Source of the DNA: a virus | Virus record (IMG/VR): IMGVR_UViG_3300017766_005733 | Location: 32,001 to 96,000 of that record | DNA: 64,000 nucleotides | Strand: one strand, 5' to 3' | Shown: piece by piece, positions 9,501 to 17,716 of the stretch | Position numbering within the stretch: the stretch's first letter is position 1 | Layout of the letters: each line of letters starts with the position of its first letter | Program-made: the position numbers and the translations under genes | The notes under the pieces: model-generated | The model's input: the letters and a program-made list of their open reading frames with translations, nothing else | What the model was told of the DNA's origin: nothing | Database searches by the model: none

Positions 9501-11052
9501 GATGCAGGCCCTCGGGCGTCCATTGACTCGACTCTGCAGCGGGAGCGGGAGCAGAAATGGGAGCAGCGACAGCCGGCGCAACGACAGGCGCCAGCTTGGC
9601 CTCAGGCGCACGGCCATGGAGCCCCAAGCCCAGCCCACCGAGGCCGATGGCGGCCGCCAGCGCCTTCTCTTTCAGGCCCTTTTCAAGGTGCTGGTGGGTG
9701 TCACCGAGACGCAGCGTCGGCATGGCATCCGCCACACGCTGCACGTCCTCTTCCGTGGCCGGGCTTTCGTAGTCGGGCAGGCGATGATGATGGATGTCAA
9801 CAACGGCAGTCGGCTGATGGGTGTGGATCTGCTCGTGATTGAGCCAGCTACCCAGCCAGTCGCCGGCTGCGTGGTCGCCATAGGCGTCGTGGATCGTGTC
9901 GCCAATGCGGGCGCCGACGTGATGGATGTCGTCACCCATCTGGATCCCCACCAGCCTCGCCTCAGGGTGCTTCTTCTGGATGGCCCTTGCCAGAAGGCTG
10001 CAGCCGCCGGCGTGCCACGTCGATCCCGCGGCGGCCGTCTGGTCAAGGACGCCAAAACTCTCGTCGGAGCCACACCACTCGGCGATTCCAGAGCCCTTTG
10101 CGAGGGCCTCAGACTTCATGATGTTAGAGTGAAGCGACGGATTGGCGTTGAAAACACTCTTGATCTGATGGGGGTAGAAAGCAACCCAAGTCCCATCGCC
10201 GAAGTCGACTCCGTCGTGGCCCTTGTTCCTCAGCCCATCGAAGAAGGCGGCCTGCCACTTGGCATAGTTGGGGGCCATCCGGTGACTTTCAACGTCTTGC
10301 GGCTGAAAGACATAGGGGTTCTTGATCGACAAATGGACGGGCATGACGCGAGGGGCGTTGTTGCGATCAACGATCTGACCGCCGGAGAACACTGGTCCGC
10401 GGCTGTCGTTGTCGACGGCATACATCGACGCTTCTTTCGGATCATTCGTAAACCAAGCGCCCCGCTTGCCGATCTTGAAAGAAGAAAAGTCGACGTCTTT
10501 TGACGTCCCATGGTAGAGTTTCAGGGGCTTGCCTTGCGGATCCTTGACGTGCGACCCCGAAAACCACTCTTGGAACTCGGGGGTGTCGTGCTTCGCCAGT
10601 CCGTCGGCTTGCGATTCCCCATCCTGCATCCCCAGCAGCTGCAGCGTCACGTTGCGCGGCGAATGCAGATTGTCGGCGATCTCCTTCGGCAGCCCCTCAC
10701 TGACATCGACCCAGCGCCACTCACTGCACTCGTTGTCGGGGTCTTCTTCCGTCGTGACGCGCGGCTTTTCTTCGTCGTGGAACGTCACCTGATAGGCATG
10801 GACAAGGATCTTGCGGCCACGGCTTTCGACGACGTCAGAGCCGAGGGATTCCAGCACCTCGTTCCCCGTCTTCAGGCCCGTCTCTTCCCGGAGTTCACGG
10901 ACGGCGCCTTCGTAGGCCTCTTCGCCGTCCTCCAAATGGCCGCCGGGCAGCGTCCAACGACCGTTGTCGCGCCGCCGCCCCCAAAGCATGTCACCGGCGC
11001 CATCAAAGACGGCAATAGAAGCAACCTCGACGGCATCCTTGGTATCAGCCAT
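6577..11052 (-). CDS. Polyvalent protein, 1491 aa: Nudix, ADP-ribosyltransferase, Cys-His-Asp domain, lysozyme/SLT-like, 2x GNAT, zincin
   Basis: Nudix box GGHLEDGEEAYEGAVRELREETG; ART-like YHGT...WFT...VMPVHLSIKNP...GHDGV...QIKS; GGC...HH...HD; QLESS; QGSGYGTLLY and RKQRLGVAMY; HELFH...EE. Confidence 0.85.
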   Translation of the reverse strand: MADTKDAVEVASIAVFDGAGDMLWGRRRDNGRWTLPGGHLEDGEEAYEGAVRELREETGLKTGNEVLESLGSDVVESRGRKILVHAYQVTFHDEEKPRVTTEEDPDNECSEWRWVDVSEGLPKEIADNLHSPRNVTLQLLGMQDGESQADGLAKHDTPEFQEWFSGSHVKDPQGKPLKLYHGTSKDVDFSSFKIGKRGAWFTNDPKEASMYAVDNDSRGPVFSGGQIVDRNNAPRVMPVHLSIKNPYVFQPQDVESHRMAPNYAKWQAAFFDGLRNKGHDGVDFGDGTWVAFYPHQIKSVFNANPSLHSNIMKSEALAKGSGIAEWCGSDESFGVLDQTAAAGSTWHAGGCSLLARAIQKKHPEARLVGIQMGDDIHHVGARIGDTIHDAYGDHAAGDWLGSWLNHEQIHTHQPTAVVDIHHHRLPDYESPATEEDVQRVADAMPTLRLGDTHQHLEKGLKEKALAAAIGLGGLGLGLHGRAPEAKLAPVVAPAVAAPISAPAPAAESSQWTPEGLHPGLHPVAQLESSFGKNIKHAAHSKGPFHTAFGAVGFKPVSGYDQYQNSKGLQAKYPGLDQDSFTAKFQSDHKFYNEVASDHWKWLQDKLKTPERTAYGWRWGRGAAINATPQQIAKSGYVKEYMKTMQGMKAPAKVKIKPGTLKKSDYLHKMAYEAVQHGMRPHRTSQYEGGLQSIETYRVPHSQRPAGEDHGSREKPLYHHVVKDTPYDHGGYSVMHMLSYDKEPFGFPVSSSAASVDSNGVVEHGETATHGSAQGSGYGTLLYQRMLRYHGKMRSDKSVSPTANKVWDKILAMPGVVGAKGAPETPEQHHAQTSEPWNENPVASAKLNGFPIASLDEALDSPNKRFIEEKDFSGRPMTRLYSVAGDIDHEPSAKEALDSYGPYRESFLRKMALKDIPVGQKVGANSFDYNHVLTPEHRSQGLSLRVSDVPDETGDPMPTARLYNVEGKQVGTVTGRVDKKTLNVTNTFLHRGLRKQRLGVAMYEALLSHAKNHLRLRSVAGEEHSTAASRTHMQLAAKHGLGYEPEYKSHVTTGQDYDERAGPYSYLLKAEKAVGEPTGNHEFWKPLKSKDPTHLAKQPVSVVRAYGQDKFWQESAHAGAAAERLKKMDFVNRPPPKIDPSFVPKHEHFSFPHQPSDIYAAHNKAMRAAAAAPGDLRSKALGQVRGETLNKWGAAFDDGQNAPHLQRLRRGLAHVTGINEGGNSLPLTSVVRATSQQLPPGVLGDYGTKNGGGVRVHETHAGQFMESLGGTAAFNPEAHHDSWAVVMHELFHSVSHRDHDYEGRGKGLGPQAAMEEASTEIPARHYSHDIAFDHLMPAASTPEEHQKRREDKQFFHFTNDGEVDAKTPMAYTHNCAQFARLVGFAHRREIAGDNERLNNAVVNHALLAKRSPSHGGGVEDARLGNLISLIMINNGMEPKSAMGWNKGYESLHDNLKDWLISDGTSKHLDEYLKTAQKEYQKGKAIAASYGEP

Positions 11053-11063
11053 GTCCTACCCCT

Positions 11064-11915
11064 TCACAGTGCGCCGACGACGATCTTCTTGCCGAAGAGG
11101 TTGCGCAGCTGACCCATCAACGTCTTCTTCTGCTCAGCCAGTTCCTGCATGCGCTGCTGGAAGAGGCTGGCGCCGGCAACTGACACCGACTGCGACAGAC
11201 CGTCAATACCAAGGCTGTGGCTGCCGACGAGCGCAAATGTGGGCGCGAGAAGGCTCAGGGTCTCGATGGCCGCGATGACGGCCACGAGTTCATTGACGAG
11301 CGTCGGCAGCTGACCATCGGGGAAGCCGGCCGTGTACTCGATCGTCCAGTAGGCCGGGATGCGACCCGTCATCGTCATGTGGTGCATCATCGCCAAGCCA
11401 TACGGCGAACCCGTGCCGAGGGCGGCGAAGGTGGCGCCGGTGTTGGCGGGCGACAGAGGCAGGATGTAGACCTGACCACGGGCAAGGTAGCCGGGCTCGA
11501 TCCACTGCGGCGGCACCGTCCAGACGTCAACGCCGTTGCTGTCCTGAATCGACAGCTTGTCGACGCTCGACGCCGGGCGATTCTCCAGACGGAAGAAGCC
11601 GTAGCTATCGAACTCCTGACGATCGAAGGCCTTGCGCTCGCGGAACTTCGTCGGCATCAGCGTCAGCCGCGTTTCGGTCTCCAGCACCATCACGGCGCGG
11701 CGGATGATGTCCTTCAGCTGCTCGTCGGTGATGCGCGGCGCCGGATCGTTCGATCGCGCCTGACGCCATGCGCTGTACAGCGGAATGCCCCAGAGTTTGC
11801 GCATGCGCAGCTGCTCAGGGGTCACCAACGGCTCAAGACGCTGCCACGCCGTCTCGATGGCGTTGGGCAGGTAAAGGTCTTTACCGATGGACTTGGAGTT
11901 GCCGTAGTCGGCCAT
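11064..11915 (-). CDS. Head-tail adaptor/neck protein
   Basis: IEYTAGF...SHSLGIDGLSQSVS pattern typical of head-tail connector proteins; structural context. Confidence 0.6.
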   Translation of the reverse strand: MADYGNSKSIGKDLYLPNAIETAWQRLEPLVTPEQLRMRKLWGIPLYSAWRQARSNDPAPRITDEQLKDIIRRAVMVLETETRLTLMPTKFRERKAFDRQEFDSYGFFRLENRPASSVDKLSIQDSNGVDVWTVPPQWIEPGYLARGQVYILPLSPANTGATFAALGTGSPYGLAMMHHMTMTGRIPAYWTIEYTAGFPDGQLPTLVNELVAVIAAIETLSLLAPTFALVGSHSLGIDGLSQSVSVAGASLFQQRMQELAEQKKTLMGQLRNLFGKKIVVGAL

Positions 11916-11923
11916 GAATCACC

Positions 11924-12322
11924 TCAGGGCATGACGAGGATGGCGGCGAGAAGACGTCCCGAAACGACACGGGTGCCTTCTGTCAAAGTATATCCCAAGC
12001 TGATAGTTCCGCGGAGTTTTGCCGTATCCTGCGACATCAACTCGACACGCCAGATCGATCCATCTTGAGCAAACGGCTGACTGGCGACCTTGGTCATGCG
12101 CTTGCTGCTATCGATGTTTTCAAAGGTGATGCTGAGAGTCGCACCGGCAGCCGGCATGTAGCGCACGACGGGGCTGTTGAGGTCCCACGACAGACGCATG
12201 GTGTTGACCAGCTGCAGGTTGATGGTCAGAGGGTCGCCGGAGGCAACCGAAACCTCGGTGGCCAGTTCCAGAGAGTTGACGCTCTGAACGTCGTCAAGCA
12301 GACGGATCGCAATCTGAGGCAT
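11924..12322 (-). CDS. Hypothetical virion protein
   Basis: Beta-rich 132-aa ORF, first gene after an AATCTT motif. Confidence 0.6.
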   Translation of the reverse strand: MPQIAIRLLDDVQSVNSLELATEVSVASGDPLTINLQLVNTMRLSWDLNSPVVRYMPAAGATLSITFENIDSSKRMTKVASQPFAQDGSIWRVELMSQDTAKLRGTISLGYTLTEGTRVVSGRLLAAILVMP

Positions 12323-12349
12323 GTTGGGCTCCGGGGGAGTACGTCCGCC

Positions 12350-13321
12350 TCAAGATTGAGCCTCGGCCGGCGGCCAGACAATAGCTATACCATTTGCCGT
12401 CAACTCAGCCGAAAGCCGCCCCTGCCCTGTCTCCAGCAGCAGCCGCTCCGGGGTCTCGTAGTCGATCGAGCCATCAAAAACGAGGCCGTTGACCACCGGG
12501 CGCACGCTGGCGTAGCCAACGACAGCGCCCTCGATGCCGCGAATGGGCACCAGCTTGCCGTTGTCGCGCGTCTCTCCGTTCACAACACCGCGGACGGCAA
12601 AGGTGCGGGCTTGATCGATGTCGATGACCTTGACGTTGGCCGGCAAGGCACCCGGAATCTGGGCAGGCAAGGGGTCCGGCGGCTCTTCGTCGACGCCAAC
12701 GAAGGCCTCTGGCGAGCACTTCGGCGCCTCTGAGGCCGCGTGCAGCTTCGCCACGCACTCAGGTAGTGTGCGGCCCATCCACGGCAAGCCACTCCCGAGG
12801 GTTCGGGAGGCAAGGAAGAAGAGATCCCGAGCGACTTCGCTGTCAGGCAGCCAGTGCTCTTGGGCCTTGCGCATGACGTTGACGACGGCGCCGTCCTCGG
12901 AGGCCCGCAGGAGCCCCCAAGCCAACGGCAGGCCCTTGATGTCTTCGTCGCGGACGTCGTGGGAGACCAGCAGCCAACCCGTCAGGCGCCTGCCCTGCGG
13001 CAGCAGTTCCCACTTGCCGGCGCTCATGTCCTCTCGCCGCGCATCGGCGCGGCTGCCCTTCACTTCGATGATGTCGATGCGATACTGGTTGCCCTTCTTG
13101 GTGCAGCCAACGGCGTCGGCGCGGAAGATACAGTCCAAGGGCGCACAGAGGCGGCTGCAGAGGCTGGTGACGCCGACCTCCTCTGCCATGACGCGGCACT
13201 CACGCTTGACCCAGAGCCAAGAAAAAGCCAGAGCCGTGAGGGCTCTGGTCGATTCTGCGCGAGACATCTTGGTCATGGCATCAGTCTCCGGAGGCGTCAT
13301 CCCTCCTGCTGGCCATAGCAC
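12350..13321 (-). CDS. PD-(D/E)XK nuclease-like (MmcB-like) protein
   Basis: RADAVG...IIEVKGSRAD...GKW...WGLL; start uncertain. Confidence 0.55.
   Translation of the reverse strand: MLWPAGGMTPPETDAMTKMSRAESTRALTALAFSWLWVKRECRVMAEEVGVTSLCSRLCAPLDCIFRADAVGCTKKGNQYRIDIIEVKGSRADARREDMSAGKWELLPQGRRLTGWLLVSHDVRDEDIKGLPLAWGLLRASEDGAVVNVMRKAQEHWLPDSEVARDLFFLASRTLGSGLPWMGRTLPECVAKLHAASEAPKCSPEAFVGVDEEPPDPLPAQIPGALPANVKVIDIDQARTFAVRGVVNGETRDNGKLVPIRGIEGAVVGYASVRPVVNGLVFDGSIDYETPERLLLETGQGRLSAELTANGIAIVWPPAEAQS
12352..12357 (-). promoter_or_regulatory. Putative late promoter AATCTT
   Basis: 30 nt upstream of ATG 12322. Confidence 0.6.
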
Positions 13322-13505
13322 TGAACGCAGCCTCCTCCTTGTCGCGATCGACTTCTTCCTCGACGTCAGTGCCCAGCAGTCGATCGATGACTTGGCTCAG
13401 GTGACGGCTCATCGGGCGTCCACTGCCCACCATCATCTTGGAGCCAATGACCTGAAGCGCTTGCTTGGGTCGAAGGCCCTCGATCTGATGGCAGATTTCA
13501 CACAT
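13281..13505 (-). CDS. Small hypothetical protein (MCEICH...)
   Basis: Coupled overlap with neighbours; CxxC at the N-terminus. Confidence 0.5.
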   Translation of the reverse strand: MCEICHQIEGLRPKQALQVIGSKMMVGSGRPMSRHLSQVIDRLLGTDVEEEVDRDKEEAAFSAMASRRDDASGD

Positions 13506-13809
13506 GGCTGAAGCCGTTTCGTCGGTCGAAGTCCTCGGACTCTTGGTAGAACTGATTGGGGGTGATGACCTCCCATTCCTCGCACAACTCCGTGAGCGTC
13601 GGCAGGTATGCAGACCGACCACCGCGGTGATCGGGCACCATCTTGAAGCGAATGGGGGCGTCGGTGTCGGGCACCAGCGCCTGCAGCCCCTTCCACGACT
13701 TTGGCCGCACCCAGATGCCGCAGTCGCTGTAAACGGCGTCGGGGATCATGCCGTCGCGCATGACAAGAAACGCCTGATACGCCTTCTTCATCGCTGTAAG
13801 GCAGTCCAT
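13498..13809 (-). CDS. Hypothetical protein
   Basis: Abuts the thyX stop; GGAGG RBS. Confidence 0.6.
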   Translation of the reverse strand: MDCLTAMKKAYQAFLVMRDGMIPDAVYSDCGIWVRPKSWKGLQALVPDTDAPIRFKMVPDHRGGRSAYLPTLTELCEEWEVITPNQFYQESEDFDRRNGFSHV

Positions 13810-14538
13810 TCAATCCTCCGTGAGCGCCATAACCAGCGACGGCGACCAGTGACTAAAGTAACGCGGCATCTCGGGCTTGATGACCTGCCACATCTTGGTG
13901 ACGAGGATGCGGAACTCCTTGTCAGCGACTTCGGCGTCACGACGCGGGAACATCTGAAGGAACGCCGCGGCGTTGCCACTCCACGTCAGCCGGGTTTCGA
14001 TGCCGTTCGGCAGGATGCGAGCCGCAGCGCCCTGAGCCGTCTTCCGATCATGCCCCTTCGCCACCATGTGCTCGACGACGCCCTTGTAGGCATCGCGCCA
14101 AGCCATATCAAACTTGGTCAGCTTCTCGTGCAACTCCGGTGATAGGTCGGAGAGATCCGGGTGCATCATCACCCGCGACTCGGCCTCCGAAACGTAGCGG
14201 GTGCTGCGCTGGCTTGGGCTGAAGCCGACGTGGTGGCGGACCAACTCGTGGCTCAGGTTGCGGGTGACGCCCGTGATCCAGAGAACGAAGTGGCTGTGGT
14301 AGAGCACGTTGGGATGGTAGTGCTCAAGGATGTTGGCGTGAAAGTCGTCGCTGTTACGGCCGCGACCGAACGAGTCGTAGCAGCCGCGGCCGGCGAACTC
14401 AGCGATCTTCTCGCCCTCGGTCCCCTGCATCTGATCGCTGCGGCATCGACGGAACTCCTCGATGTCATCACCGACGAAAGATGGGCGCGCGACAAGTCGC
14501 ACGGAGATGCCGGAAGACTCAACCTGTTGAAGACTCAT
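13810..14538 (-). CDS. thyX: FAD-dependent thymidylate synthase
   Basis: SHELVRHHVGFSPSQRSTRYV ThyX signature; AARILPN; AGGAG RBS before ATG 14538. Confidence 0.92.
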   Translation of the reverse strand: MSLQQVESSGISVRLVARPSFVGDDIEEFRRCRSDQMQGTEGEKIAEFAGRGCYDSFGRGRNSDDFHANILEHYHPNVLYHSHFVLWITGVTRNLSHELVRHHVGFSPSQRSTRYVSEAESRVMMHPDLSDLSPELHEKLTKFDMAWRDAYKGVVEHMVAKGHDRKTAQGAAARILPNGIETRLTWSGNAAAFLQMFPRRDAEVADKEFRILVTKMWQVIKPEMPRYFSHWSPSLVMALTED

Positions 14539-14558
14539 GTGCTGGCTCCTTCCCTTCC

Positions 14559-15044
14559 TCAATACACGATTGCGGGGTTGGCGGCAAGCCATTTCTTGGC
14601 AGCCGCCAGCACAGGCAGCCCAAAGCCACAGGCGTTGGCGGCGGCGATGTAGCCGGGACGCTCTAGCACTCCCCAGCCGCGAGGGTTACGGCACCCGATC
14701 TCAAAGAACGGCGGATCGGCGTAGATGCGTTGGCCCAGATCGTCATCGGGGTACGAGATCCAGCATCGAGCCGGGGCGATCTCGGGCGTCGCGAAGCGGT
14801 TGTCGAAGCTGATCTCTACGTCGAGATCGGTGCGAGCGTTGATGGACATGCTGCAGAAGTACAGGCGCGTGCCTTCCTCGTAGACGCGAATGTTCTTGTA
14901 GGCCTTCAGCGCCTGCCGCAGGCAGGCAAAAGACTCAAACTTGCCGTCATTCCACAGCCACTTCATGGCCTCTGGACCCGGATACGACGACAGGTTGCAG
15001 CAATGGTCGACTTCAGCGCTCAGGTACGGGTCCTTCACTCTCAT
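14559..15044 (-). CDS. Hypothetical protein
   Basis: ATG overlapping the upstream stop, with GGAGG RBS. Confidence 0.6.
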   Translation of the reverse strand: MRVKDPYLSAEVDHCCNLSSYPGPEAMKWLWNDGKFESFACLRQALKAYKNIRVYEEGTRLYFCSMSINARTDLDVEISFDNRFATPEIAPARCWISYPDDDLGQRIYADPPFFEIGCRNPRGWGVLERPGYIAAANACGFGLPVLAAAKKWLAANPAIVY

Positions 15045-15637
15045 CCTCCTGATGCAATGCCGTTGACGGCCTCTACGATACCGACCCATGACTCGTAGGG
15101 TCTTCGCCAGTCCCCTATCAGGGACGTGAAGTCTTGGGACTGGCGGTTGTAGGGCCAGATCATAGAGACCGCCGCCGCCCGCGGGTTGGATTGACGAAAG
15201 GCGCGGGCGTTGTGGGGGCCGTCGTCGATGATGACATCGCCATGCAGCTGCGACTTGTGATGAATCAAGCAGATGTGCGACAACGGAATGAAGGGAAGAT
15301 GCTCGTGGCACCACTCGACCTTCTCGGTGAAGGAGTGAGGGGTGCAGCCGCTGGTGGCGACGAAGATTTTATGACCGTTGTGCATCAGCCTCTTCAGGGC
15401 ATAGGAGCAGCCCTCAATGGGCGCCAGACGCCTGAAGAAGCCGGGGTTGTGAAAGATGTAGGTCAAGAGTTCTGGGTTCTTGACCGCGTCTTTCATGTCC
15501 CAGCTGCGGAAGTCTTCGATGGCTACAGTCTCGCCCGAGAGGCGATTGTAGGTGGGCACCAGCCCCTGCTGGCTGTAGGCGCCGATGAAGTCTGCGCAGA
15601 CGCCATCAAGGTCAACGACGATCTCCAAAGACCTCAC
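15041..15637 (-). CDS. 5'(3')-deoxyribonucleotidase (HAD, NT5C family)
   Basis: DLDGVCADF motif I, EKVEW, DVIIDDGPHN. Confidence 0.88.
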   Translation of the reverse strand: MRSLEIVVDLDGVCADFIGAYSQQGLVPTYNRLSGETVAIEDFRSWDMKDAVKNPELLTYIFHNPGFFRRLAPIEGCSYALKRLMHNGHKIFVATSGCTPHSFTEKVEWCHEHLPFIPLSHICLIHHKSQLHGDVIIDDGPHNARAFRQSNPRAAAVSMIWPYNRQSQDFTSLIGDWRRPYESWVGIVEAVNGIASGG

Positions 15638-15897
15638 GAAACCACCTCAATGCCCCAGCTGCGACACACGAAATCGACGTAGGTGTGATAGCAGACGCGG
15701 TCGCCCACGCGCGGCTTCTGAGAGAAGTCGGCGGGCTTGAACTCGTCAGGCGCCACATGCCCCACCAACTTCACCCAAACCGCATCTCCGTCGATGGCCA
15801 CAACGTGACCGGGCTTGAACTCAGACGAAGAATCGTTGCGGTTCTGCATGCGAAAGGCGGCAACGACGTGGCGGCGGTGTTGGGGACGCATATTCAC
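15634..15897 (-). CDS. Hypothetical protein
   Basis: 4-nt overlaps with both neighbours. Confidence 0.55.
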   Translation of the reverse strand: MNMRPQHRRHVVAAFRMQNRNDSSSEFKPGHVVAIDGDAVWVKLVGHVAPDEFKPADFSQKPRVGDRVCYHTYVDFVCRSWGIEVVS

Positions 15898-16199
15898 TCC
15901 TCAGTGGTGTTGAAGGCCCAGACATGGTTGGTGGCGTACTCGACGATGAACGAAGGCGCTGGCCCGTACCAAGTCTGGCTGTGCTTGACGGCCAGAATCG
16001 CGGCCTCAAAGTCGGAGAACCCCATGCCCTCGGGCAGCGTCGGGGCATAGACAAAGAAGCGCGGAACGGTGCGAGCGAAGCGATCCATGCCAAAGGCGAC
16101 AACGGGCAGGGTCGGCCGGTCTGACTTTGGCAGAAGGACTTCTGCGTGAGTAATAGGAGCCATGCCCATTGGCGGAACCATCCAGTTCATGAACGTCAT
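15894..16199 (-). CDS. Hypothetical protein
   Basis: ATG 16199 overlaps the upstream stop. Confidence 0.5.
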   Translation of the reverse strand: MTFMNWMVPPMGMAPITHAEVLLPKSDRPTLPVVAFGMDRFARTVPRFFVYAPTLPEGMGFSDFEAAILAVKHSQTWYGPAPSFIVEYATNHVWAFNTTEE

Positions 16200-17605
16200 G
16201 AAGCGACGATAGCCGATGACGATGAAGGTGTCAAGTCCATCTCCCAGCGAACAAGACCGCAGTCCCAGATACGCGCATAGCCGCGAGCCGCCATCTCCTC
16301 GTGCTCCGTTACCTCGTCGCCCACCCCCAAGGCCGCCTTGCGAAACTTCGATCGATGCCAACGATGGCGATCTGATCCCTTTTTGATGTACCAGTATCCC
16401 GGTGGAAGAACCTCAGCCGCGATAAACCCTGAGCGCTCGTAAATGCCGCCACTAGACCAACGACGATCAGAGAAGGTGACGATGCGCGTGGGGCGCAGGA
16501 CGGCGATGGCGCCACTCAACAGCCGCTGAAGGCCACCGGCGACATGAAGTCGTTCCGTCAAAGCGTAGCGAGAGAGTTCCCAGACGCCATCGCCGCGATG
16601 ACGAAAACCAGCGACAGCCACCAGTTCGCCGCTATGCCTCAGCCCCCAACAACGAGTCTCGGCTCCCGCGGCCTGCAGGTGATGAGCGTCGAAGAACTCA
16701 GCCGCTGTCTTGATGTCGACCTCGGCCACCTCGCACTTCCGCGCTCCAACTCGCTGACCCGGCAAACCAGAAAGCGCCTGAAGGTAGGCGCAGCAAATGG
16801 CACGACGCTGAATCCACTCGTCGGAAAACACCGTCACCAGCCTTATGCCGAGGCGCTCACAGGCCTGCAGCTTCTCCAGATGCCGCCTACGAGCCTTCTC
16901 TGGCGTATGGATCTCGCTGTGATAATGAAGACCGCAGTATTCTATGGCCAAAGACAGGGACGGCACCCATATGTCAATCTCAAGCGGAGAAATGACGTGG
17001 CGCACGTTCTCAAAGACCTCCAACCCTGCTTGGCGAAGGAGATCGGCGATCTCCCCCTGAGCGTGGCTCTTCACACACCCACAAGAACGCACCTTCATGT
17101 ACAAGAAATCAAAAGAACGGACATGGAACAGTCTGCCGCAGTGACAGTGCAACTGCAGGCCATCACGTCCCAGCGGGATAGGGGCGTCTGCGTCTAGGTC
17201 ACACCGCATCCCCAGTCGCTGCGCCACGACATGGACGTCACGCCCCCGGTACTTGGTCCGGTCTTCTTCAGGAATGTCCCTCCAACGCCTTTTTGAAGCC
17301 TTGGATACTTCCGCTCGCAGCGTCTCGTCTCGCCATGCCGTTCGGACGGAGGCAGCACGGCGCTCTAAGACCTCTGGGGTAAGAGACTTTCGCATCGTCT
17401 CCCAAGCATCGGGATCCTTTGCGAGGCGGCCGGCTCGTGCATTTTCTTGCCTCTTGTCTGGGGGCAAGGAAAACCGGGCGCGAGTCTGGATGTTCTTGAT
17501 CTGTGAAACCGTGAGCCCAAGGCGTTGGGCGACGGCCTCGCGCGTCATGCCCTCGGCCCGCAACCTCACGACTTCGTCGACCAGATCCTGAGAGAAAGCC
17601 TTCAT
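16196..17605 (-). CDS. Free-standing putative homing endonuclease (HTH, Zn ribbon, Vsr/Hef-like nuclease, GNAT-like C-terminus)
   Basis: CHCG...SCGC; LEIDIWVP...AIEYCGLHYHS...VFSDEW; FFDAHHLQ...WELSRY...FSDRRWSSG...RIWDCG; codon usage differs from neighbours. Confidence 0.75.
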   Translation of the reverse strand: MKAFSQDLVDEVVRLRAEGMTREAVAQRLGLTVSQIKNIQTRARFSLPPDKRQENARAGRLAKDPDAWETMRKSLTPEVLERRAASVRTAWRDETLRAEVSKASKRRWRDIPEEDRTKYRGRDVHVVAQRLGMRCDLDADAPIPLGRDGLQLHCHCGRLFHVRSFDFLYMKVRSCGCVKSHAQGEIADLLRQAGLEVFENVRHVISPLEIDIWVPSLSLAIEYCGLHYHSEIHTPEKARRRHLEKLQACERLGIRLVTVFSDEWIQRRAICCAYLQALSGLPGQRVGARKCEVAEVDIKTAAEFFDAHHLQAAGAETRCWGLRHSGELVAVAGFRHRGDGVWELSRYALTERLHVAGGLQRLLSGAIAVLRPTRIVTFSDRRWSSGGIYERSGFIAAEVLPPGYWYIKKGSDRHRWHRSKFRKAALGVGDEVTEHEEMAARGYARIWDCGLVRWEMDLTPSSSSAIVAS

Positions 17606-17650
17606 GCCACACCCCATTACCCCAGAGGCATAGCATAGATTCAACCGCGT

Positions 17651-17692
17651 AAAAAAAGCAAGATGGAGGCCGTTACCAGCCTCCATCTTGCT
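17651..17692 (-). terminator. Rho-independent terminator after the major capsid gene
   Basis: GCAAGATGGAGGC / GCCTCCATCTTGC stem followed by T7 on the minus strand. Confidence 0.85.
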
Positions 17693-17716
17693 AAGCGCTT
17701 GATTTAGCGCTTATTT

